A model generated the notes under the pieces. The model worked only from the letters and a program-made list of their open reading frames with translations, made no database searches and was not told where the DNA came from. Below are positions 58,130 to 64,000 of a DNA stretch of 64,000 nucleotides, piece by piece. A program made the position numbers and the translations under genes. This DNA is from Deltaproteobacteria bacterium. GTDB taxonomy: Bacteria > Bdellovibrionota_C > UBA2361 > SZUA-149 > JAITKM01. Every line of letters begins with the position of its first letter. Within the stretch, counting starts at the first letter, position 1. The stretch lies in the NCBI GenBank assembly GCA_031278395.1, contig JAITKM010000007.1:64981-128980 (forward strand), in the 5' to 3' direction.

Positions 58130-59554
58130 TTACTTTGAAATCAAACCAGTTTTGGTTATTAATGAACCTTCCTGATAATTATCATAATCCGTATTGACTG
58201 ACCACAAATCATAATTTTTTCCACCAAGTAAATTCTGCGCAAGCATCCACCCCATCAGAATGGAATGATCCTGATTGTTATATTTAAAGGCGCCATAGCG
58301 ACCTATAAAATGACAATTCTTAATTCCTCTCAAATATTGTTCAATTGGCTGAAGATCATTTCTATAATCTTTGTGATAGGTCGGATAAGATTTTGGTATT
58401 TTATATACAAATCCAGCTAAAATCTGGCACCTCTTTAATAAACCTGTTTGCTCAAGCTCGTTAGTCGCTAAACAGATATATTCTTCATTCGAATATTGCC
58501 ATAACTTATCTTCGTTATAACACCAATATTCTAACGCTAAAATAGTATAGTCATTTTCTCCATACAACTCTGGTACCCAATTCCTAAAATTAGTAATGCG
58601 CCCTAAATGCAATTCAGGCGAGTGCACATATAACCAATTATCGGAAAACAAATCTGTGCCTTCAACTTTTAGATAAACCATCACTGTATTACGGTAACAT
58701 AATTTTTCGGCTTTCGCTTTGATAGCTGCGGGAACTTCTTGCATGCTGTTTAGCGCATCCGTAAGCGACATAGTAGAAATCACTTCATCATATGGCTCAA
58801 CCGTTTTATTGTCATTTAACAGCACACCTTGGGCAACATTATTTCTTACTACAACACCTTGCACACTGTGATTGTAATAAATTGTGCCGCCACGCTGGAG
58901 AACAGCATCCGCCATTCTCTGATACATGCTACCTGTTCCACCAACTGGATACGCAAATTCATCGACTAATGTTTTATGCGATGTTTTCCCTATTTTAAAA
59001 GCATTTAAAATAACTGCCATTAACGATAAATTTTTGATTCGTTGCGCCGCAAAATCATCGTCTAAATTACGACAACTAACTCCCCATAGTTTTTCGCTAT
59101 AGGTTTTGAAAAACATCTGATAGAGTTTTTTTCCAAAACGGCGCGTAACCCAGGTTTCAAATGAACCATCTTGTTTGGTCGGTATGATTTTTTCCTTGAG
59201 ATAAGCCAAAACACATTGCGCGGCTGTCCAGCAGCCAACTTTTGTTAGCGCATCAAAAGGCGCTATCGGATATAAAAAGAATTTTTTATTATAGTAGATA
59301 CGCGTCAGACGATTAACCATTTTATAATCCTGTCCCACGACTTCAAGCCATAATTTATTGACTCGTGTGTCGTAAGAGAAAAAACGGTGCGGACCAAGAT
59401 CCACTATACAATCCCATAAGCGCAAACTTTTGCACATCCCTCCAACACTGTCGCTAGCTTCATAAACCACGACTTTCGTTGCAGGGTCTTTGGATAATTC
59501 AAACGCGGCTGTTAAGCCCGCTGCTCCAGCGCCGATAATTGCTATTTTTTTCAT
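58130..59554 (-). CDS. FAD-dependent oxidoreductase (amine oxidase / protoporphyrinogen oxidase superfamily)
   Basis: MKKIAIIGAGAAGLTAAFEL ... VVYEASDSVGGM is an FAD dinucleotide-binding motif. An RBS GGAGG lies upstream of the ATG at 59554. Confidence 0.7.
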   Translation of the reverse strand: MKKIAIIGAGAAGLTAAFELSKDPATKVVVYEASDSVGGMCKSLRLWDCIVDLGPHRFFSYDTRVNKLWLEVVGQDYKMVNRLTRIYYNKKFFLYPIAPFDALTKVGCWTAAQCVLAYLKEKIIPTKQDGSFETWVTRRFGKKLYQMFFKTYSEKLWGVSCRNLDDDFAAQRIKNLSLMAVILNAFKIGKTSHKTLVDEFAYPVGGTGSMYQRMADAVLQRGGTIYYNHSVQGVVVRNNVAQGVLLNDNKTVEPYDEVISTMSLTDALNSMQEVPAAIKAKAEKLCYRNTVMVYLKVEGTDLFSDNWLYVHSPELHLGRITNFRNWVPELYGENDYTILALEYWCYNEDKLWQYSNEEYICLATNELEQTGLLKRCQILAGFVYKIPKSYPTYHKDYRNDLQPIEQYLRGIKNCHFIGRYGAFKYNNQDHSILMGWMLAQNLLGGKNYDLWSVNTDYDNYQEGSLITKTGLISK

Positions 59555-59565
59555 ATTAAACCTCC

Positions 59566-61329
59566 CTACCAATCTTTAAAAACAAACCAATAAGAATTAA
59601 AAATTAAACTACAAATCACAAACAAAACTAGCGTGCAATATAACACCAGAACAGCAAAGTAGCTTTTTTCGTTTCTTAATTTTTCTAAGAACAAGCCTAG
59701 AAATATAAAAAACGGAATTAAGATAGGATACACATAGCGAAAATCTTGTGCGCAAGAAAACGAATAGCGAATAACTGTAAAAATTAAAGCTGCAATACTA
59801 ATTCCTAAGTAGCCAAATAAAAATATTTTTTTAATATTCCAGTCTGCAGCCTTAGATCTAAAAAAATAAAAAATATTATATCCTACTAGAATTAACCAAA
59901 GAAAAGATAGCCAGTGTATCATTAAGGTTTGAGTCTTTTGGGGAAAATTCCATTCGCCATTAATAGCTGATTTTAAAAAATAATTCCAAAAGTATTGTCG
60001 TCCTGCCACATCGGAAAATGATTGAATCGCTGGTTCTTTTAAAAAAGTATAAACATCAAGCCACACGAAATTATAAAATTTTCCAGCTATTCTTAAAGCA
60101 CTTCCTAACCCATCGTAATTCCCAATCACCCCAGTTAGTATAACTTCCCTAGCCAAAAAAGCTAACCCGATAATAAAGCTTAAAATAACTAACTTTGTCT
60201 TAAGTAGCCATTGCCATGAACGTTTTTCATAAAAAATCCAGGTGTATCCAAATAACAACCCGATTAAGATTAAATTAATAAAACCATTGAGCTTGGCAAA
60301 AAGCGAAAATAAAGCAGCTAAGGCTGCAAAAACTAAAAAATTTTTCTGTCTAGTTTCTAAAAAAGTAAGACCATAAAATAAAGTCATTGCACTTAGTAAA
60401 TAAAACAAACTATCATTACCAACTCGCACTGAGTGTATAACCATACTTGGCATGAGCAGTAAGGCGCTAGCGATTAAATAATAATCTACTTTTTTAGAAA
60501 TAAACTTTCTAAGAATTAATAAGGCGTAAGTTACAAAACCTAAGCTTATAAAAAATGTAAAAACTTGCAGCTTTTTTTCAAAGCCAATAGCTGCTGGTAA
60601 AATGTAATTGGCAATTGCCGCTAGCACAAAATACAAAGCTGGATGATAACAACTCCAGCACTGATTTTTTGTAGGCAGTCGAAAGTTATCTAAGATATAA
60701 GCAACATAATCTCTATGTCCTTCGGCGTCATTAGAAAATTGCGAGATACTAAGTTCAACTAACAATAATGAGGAAAAACAAAAAAATAACAAAATTATTC
60801 CAAACTCTATTGGTGAAAATATTTTCTTAAAAAGCGCAATAAACAATAAAAAGATTAAGACAAATAGAAAAACATAAATAATATAGGCAAATGTCCTATT
60901 GAAATTATTGTTCACTTTTAAACCATATGTTCCCCCATAATCAGTTGTATCAAAAACGATTGAATTAGCGCCTGTCTTTAAGACGTCTTTTAAATCAATT
61001 CTAAAACCATTATGATAATCACGAAGTTTGTTACCAAAATGAGAAATATCTACTGCTTGACCATTAACTTCTAAGGCATTTAATTTATCATCCACTACGA
61101 TATGAAAAACCGTATTAAAAAAAATTTTGGAGGTAGTTATAGTTCCTTTATAAATTATTTGACGTTTCTTATCTTTTGATTTTTTTGAAAACGGCAGCTT
61201 AACTGTTTGCTCAAGCTTACCAGCCGCGTCATAAACTTCAAAAGTAGATAGTTCTGTTAGCGGATTAAAAAAAAATAAAGTATTTAAAAAACAGTAAAAA
61301 CAAACAAAAAAGATGATAAATTTTTTCAT
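59566..61329 (-). CDS. polytopic membrane glycosyltransferase, ArnT/PMT-like (GT39/GT83-type)
   Basis: An N-terminal extracytoplasmic segment is followed by more than 10 TMs. Overall similarity to undecaprenyl/dolichyl-phosphate sugar transferases. Confidence 0.45.
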   Translation of the reverse strand: MKKFIIFFVCFYCFLNTLFFFNPLTELSTFEVYDAAGKLEQTVKLPFSKKSKDKKRQIIYKGTITTSKIFFNTVFHIVVDDKLNALEVNGQAVDISHFGNKLRDYHNGFRIDLKDVLKTGANSIVFDTTDYGGTYGLKVNNNFNRTFAYIIYVFLFVLIFLLFIALFKKIFSPIEFGIILLFFCFSSLLLVELSISQFSNDAEGHRDYVAYILDNFRLPTKNQCWSCYHPALYFVLAAIANYILPAAIGFEKKLQVFTFFISLGFVTYALLILRKFISKKVDYYLIASALLLMPSMVIHSVRVGNDSLFYLLSAMTLFYGLTFLETRQKNFLVFAALAALFSLFAKLNGFINLILIGLLFGYTWIFYEKRSWQWLLKTKLVILSFIIGLAFLAREVILTGVIGNYDGLGSALRIAGKFYNFVWLDVYTFLKEPAIQSFSDVAGRQYFWNYFLKSAINGEWNFPQKTQTLMIHWLSFLWLILVGYNIFYFFRSKAADWNIKKIFLFGYLGISIAALIFTVIRYSFSCAQDFRYVYPILIPFFIFLGLFLEKLRNEKSYFAVLVLYCTLVLFVICSLIFNSYWFVFKDW

Positions 61330-61411
61330 GATGTTTGGGAAATAAGATGCTTTTAATACAAAAAATTTTGATTAGCTCTCAAATATGGACCTTCTAAATT
61401 TTAATTATAAT

Positions 61412-61903
61412 TTACCGCCTTAAATACTCGGAAAAGTTTTCTAAACAATATTGAACTGCTTTAGTGTAAGCCTCCTTTTTAAAACCAATAACTTTACTTA
61501 GAAATACATCAGCTCCCACCCAATCTACATTGATAAACTCTTGGGGGAAAAAAGTTCTAATATTTATTTTTGAAACATCATTTAACTTTACTAAAAAATA
61601 AATCTGCTCCTGACCATCGTATTGGGCTTTCAGACTTTCGCTCTTTTGTGATTTTAAATCATCTGGAAATAAATATTTTATAGTATGTGGAAATCTAGCA
61701 ATAATCTCAACCTCATTTGTCCCTATCTCCTCTTTTAGCTCACGCAACAAAGCCTCCTCTGGAGTCTCTTTGCCATCAATTCCTCCCTGCGGTAATTGCC
61801 AGACATACGGTAAATCGCACCTAGCGCAAATTAGCATTTCCTGTTTATCGTTAACCACAATTGCGGCAACATTCTTACGGTATTGCTTTTTAAAATTGTC
61901 CAT
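61412..61903 (-). CDS. NUDIX hydrolase (RppH-like)
   Basis: Nudix box GGIDGKETPEEALLRELKEEIG. Confidence 0.8.
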   Translation of the reverse strand: MDNFKKQYRKNVAAIVVNDKQEMLICARCDLPYVWQLPQGGIDGKETPEEALLRELKEEIGTNEVEIIARFPHTIKYLFPDDLKSQKSESLKAQYDGQEQIYFLVKLNDVSKINIRTFFPQEFINVDWVGADVFLSKVIGFKKEAYTKAVQYCLENFSEYLRR

Positions 61904-62028
61904 AAATAAAAATCTTCTTGCCTTGCGTTGGTTACGTAGGCTACGTTTCCTAAGTTTTTTAGCCTATACCTCTCCTAAAGATGAGGCGAGGATATGCTAT
62001 AATATTAATGTATTGTCAATTTTAAATT

Positions 62029-62724
62029 ATGCGAATTGCTTGGTTTTCAGATTTTTCAACAGGAGATTTTTCTAGTAAAAGCGCTTATTTTTCGAACTTA
62101 GTTTTACCGTTGTTAATTGTAAACAACGAAATCGATAATTATGGTAACGAATTATTAGAAGTTGAAAATTTTAAAATTCTACCCTTTACCTCAGCTATCA
62201 ATAATCACCGCAAACTTCCTTACGACACTTTCATTTATCAAGTAGAAAACAATACTAAACTTGAATTTATCTTTAAACTCTTAAAACAGATACCTGGAGT
62301 AGTAATTGTTCATGATTTAAATTGCTCTAGTTTTGATAGTTCAGGCTTTGCCTTAGAACATCCGCAAAAAGACAGTTTAACTCCACGCATTTTTTCAGAC
62401 TTATCAAATTTTGATTTAATTAACCCACTCCTCGACAGCTTTAACCTAGAACCTTATACCTCTAGTTTAATCAGAATTTTTACTAATCCTAGAAATCATA
62501 CTAACTGGCTTGACTTTTGCGCTAAACAAAATATTTTTGGCAATAAAATTCAAGATCAACACGCATATATTGTCCCCTGCTTACAAGCTTTTACTAGCGG
62601 CAAACAGGAAGATTTGCGCTTAATTGTCGACCACCTACAAGAGATTTTAATTACTAACGAATTTTACTTAAAAAGTAGTTTAGCTAAATGGGAACGCTAC
62701 ACCTTTTATCGAGGCAATTGTTAA
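62029..62724 (+). CDS. hypothetical protein (231 aa)
   Basis: ORF only. Divergent from the NUDIX gene. Confidence 0.3.
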   Translation: MRIAWFSDFSTGDFSSKSAYFSNLVLPLLIVNNEIDNYGNELLEVENFKILPFTSAINNHRKLPYDTFIYQVENNTKLEFIFKLLKQIPGVVIVHDLNCSSFDSSGFALEHPQKDSLTPRIFSDLSNFDLINPLLDSFNLEPYTSSLIRIFTNPRNHTNWLDFCAKQNIFGNKIQDQHAYIVPCLQAFTSGKQEDLRLIVDHLQEILITNEFYLKSSLAKWERYTFYRGNC

Positions 62725-62770
62725 ATTGTAAAATGTAATTATTTATCCTATGAGGATTTATATTTGGCTT

Positions 62771-63253
62771 TTATACTGATTCTTTATTATTTCTTTCTTC
62801 TACTACGACGTTTATCCATTGGCAAAAACGTCGTTTGAGCATTTTGGTTCTTTCAAACAAAAACATTAACTCGTTTTCGACTTGTGCAAAAGTAATGCTT
62901 TCTATTTCTCCTTTAGCTATAATAACTAAGTCGAACGTCGAAACAAGTTTATGTCTATGGATTCTAAAAACCTCACGAATTAATCTTTTGAGACGATTAC
63001 GACAAACTGCTCGCTTATCGTTTTTCTTGGTAATAGTTATACCTAACCTTGGGCTAGCGTTTTTTAAATCGTCTCTAACAACTCGTCTATAGGTAATTAC
63101 GAAATGCCTTGAATGATATTTTGCGCATTGTTTTTGAATAACCAAAAATTCAGAACGCTTTTTAATTCTGCAATTTTGAGGAAACTTACAACGTCTTGGC
63201 GGCCTTGGCTTTTTTTCTTTGACTTTCTTTTTTTTTCTTCTTTTGACAACCAC
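62771..63253 (-). CDS. rnpA: ribonuclease P protein component with Lys/Arg-rich N-terminal extension
   Basis: [13 protein letters not shown] ... [29 protein letters not shown] matches RnpA. Confidence 0.75.
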   Translation of the reverse strand: MVVKRRKKKKVKEKKPRPPRRCKFPQNCRIKKRSEFLVIQKQCAKYHSRHFVITYRRVVRDDLKNASPRLGITITKKNDKRAVCRNRLKRLIREVFRIHRHKLVSTFDLVIIAKGEIESITFAQVENELMFLFERTKMLKRRFCQWINVVVEERNNKESV

Positions 63254-63256
63254 TTA

Positions 63257-63520
63257 TTACCCAAGGGCATTGACTTTCTTAGTTAATCTTGAAATTTTAC
63301 GCGCAACATTTTTCTTGTGTAATAAGCCTTTGTTACCCGCCTTAGCGATCAAACTTGTAGTTTTAGTTAAATTCGACTTAGCTTTCAAAGAGTCTTTTGC
63401 CACAACACTAGTTGTAACTTCTTTAATAGCGGTTCTGACTGTTGCACGGGTTTGTCTATTTCTTGTATTTAATTTTTTATTCTGCCGATTTCTCTTCTCT
63501 GCTGATACCTTTGTTGCCAT
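63257..63520 (-). CDS. rpsT: 30S ribosomal protein S20
   Basis: MATKVSAEKRNRQNKK...NKGLLHKKNVARKISRL matches the S20 consensus. Confidence 0.85.
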   Translation of the reverse strand: MATKVSAEKRNRQNKKLNTRNRQTRATVRTAIKEVTTSVVAKDSLKAKSNLTKTTSLIAKAGNKGLLHKKNVARKISRLTKKVNALG

Positions 63521-63697
63521 ATATAAATATAAAAATGTTGATAAAAATTTCCCAAAAACGCGGGGGCTTATAAGCGATTATCAAAAAATTGTAAATATCG
63601 CTTTTTATATAACTCACGTTGCAATTTTTTCTAATAGTTACGTTATGTTATAGCCGTAATAATTCGAAATGCAAAATTCCTAATTAAAAATTCAGAA

Positions 63698-64000
63698 TTA
63701 CATATTATCTTGATCCAGTGACATGCCAAATTCATTAAATAAGAAATTTGATAACAACCCAGCAACTGCTGCCTCACTTGAATACACAACATCCGCCCCA
63801 GCAGCTCGCAGCTTTTCAACATCGCCCATGTAAGTAGTATTAATTAAAATTTGAATCTTCTTATTCAGCGAACGCACCTGCTCAATAACTGCTTTTGCCT
63901 CAACAGTAGGAGAAGAAATAATTATGGCTTTAGCAGTCTCTATTCCAGCATGTAATAATATTTCACGCTGTGTAGCATCACCATTAATAGCAACAATCCC
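63698..64000 (-). CDS. TrkA-N / RCK (NAD-binding) domain protein, C-terminal fragment; 5' end lies outside the window
   Basis: The reverse strand is open to the window edge and encodes GIVAINGDATQREILLHAGIETAKAIIISSPTVEAKAVIEQVRS..., typical of the K+ transport RCK N-domain. Confidence 0.45.
   Translation of the reverse strand, partial: GIVAINGDATQREILLHAGIETAKAIIISSPTVEAKAVIEQVRSLNKKIQILINTTYMGDVEKLRAAGADVVYSSEAAVAGLLSNFLFNEFGMSLDQDNM

Noticed and set aside
62725-63260. rpmH (L34) adjacent to rnpA
   Set aside because: Looked for an MKRTFQP... ORF on both strands near rnpA and found none. The basic N-terminus of rnpA is not L34-like.
63219-63653. 144-aa plus-strand ORF
   Set aside because: It is entirely antisense to the well-supported rpsT and rnpA genes.
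1-64000. CRISPR arrays, rRNA, integrase or transposase genes, prophage structural genes
   Set aside because: No regularly spaced direct repeats, rDNA-like conserved blocks or recombinase motifs were seen anywhere in the window.

Overview
AT-rich (by eye mid-30s % GC) bacterial chromosomal window that is densely coding, mostly housekeeping and cell-envelope genes. No rRNA, tRNA, CRISPR array, integrase or transposase was found.

Gene content in order:
- 1-688 (+): 3' end of a 4-alpha-glucanotransferase gene.
- 739-8090 (-): an RND efflux locus (membrane fusion protein, RND pump, outer-membrane factor) with a class-I DAHP synthase gene sitting between the pump and the outer-membrane factor.
- 8293-12291: M23 peptidase, a 300-aa hypothetical, an Sfp-type phosphopantetheinyl transferase, and phosphatidylserine decarboxylase.
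- 12502-12918 (+): a small secreted protein with a TIMP/NTR-like N-terminus (CSCPP...F.NSDLV).
- 13054-18793 (+): the grpE-dnaK-dnaJ heat-shock operon, followed by an LpoA/LppC-like lipoprotein.
- 18918-20536 (-): a two-gene AbiEi/AbiEii (DUF1814 nucleotidyltransferase) toxin-antitoxin / abortive-infection module flanked by short repeats.
- 21005-23947 (+): a 980-aa secreted protein with an Asn/Gly/Ser-rich region, an FN3-like segment and parallel beta-helix repeats.
- 24382-24480 (-): a 32-aa ORF absent from the ORF track that looks like ribosomal protein bTHX.
- 24514-26034 (-): a standalone CbiA-family amidotransferase homologue.
- 26416-34821: a 1884-aa bacterial alpha-2-macroglobulin (CSEQ thioester) divergent from a PBP1C gene.
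- 35108-35683 (+): an OmpA/Pal-like lipoprotein.
- 35912-41835 and 52042-55820: two paralogous MoxR AAA+ / DUF58 / BatA-family (vWA) aerotolerance-type modules. The first includes a BatB-TPR fusion with an acidic low-complexity tail. The second is coupled to endonuclease III.
- 42122-44296: a GT2 glycosyltransferase and two hypothetical proteins.
- 44640-46538 (+): an FtsX/ABC exporter pair.
- 46532-47173 (+): a single ORF encoding CsrA fused to its antagonist FliW (CsrA N-terminus, FliW C-terminus), translationally coupled to the ABC ATPase gene. No flagellar genes are in the window. This is the most unusual gene here.
- 47255-49850: inorganic pyrophosphatase, a NYN-domain protein and IspH.
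- 49851-50802: a 950-bp non-coding gap ending in a strong intrinsic terminator.
- 50803-51141 (+): an orphan 112-aa gene bracketed by terminators.
- 56065-64000: thymidylate kinase, an outer-membrane beta-barrel candidate, an FAD oxidoreductase with a GT39/ArnT-like membrane glycosyltransferase, a NUDIX hydrolase, rpsT-rnpA (no rpmH), and the 3' end of a TrkA-N/RCK-domain gene.

A roughly 25-nt intergenic motif, TTAAACYACAGAG..CAGAG, recurs at 20.7 kb, 32.3 kb and 53.8 kb (there partly palindromic). Several perfect AT-rich palindromes also lie in intergenic regions.

All calls rest on reading the translated ORFs and the DNA by eye. No database search or computation was run.
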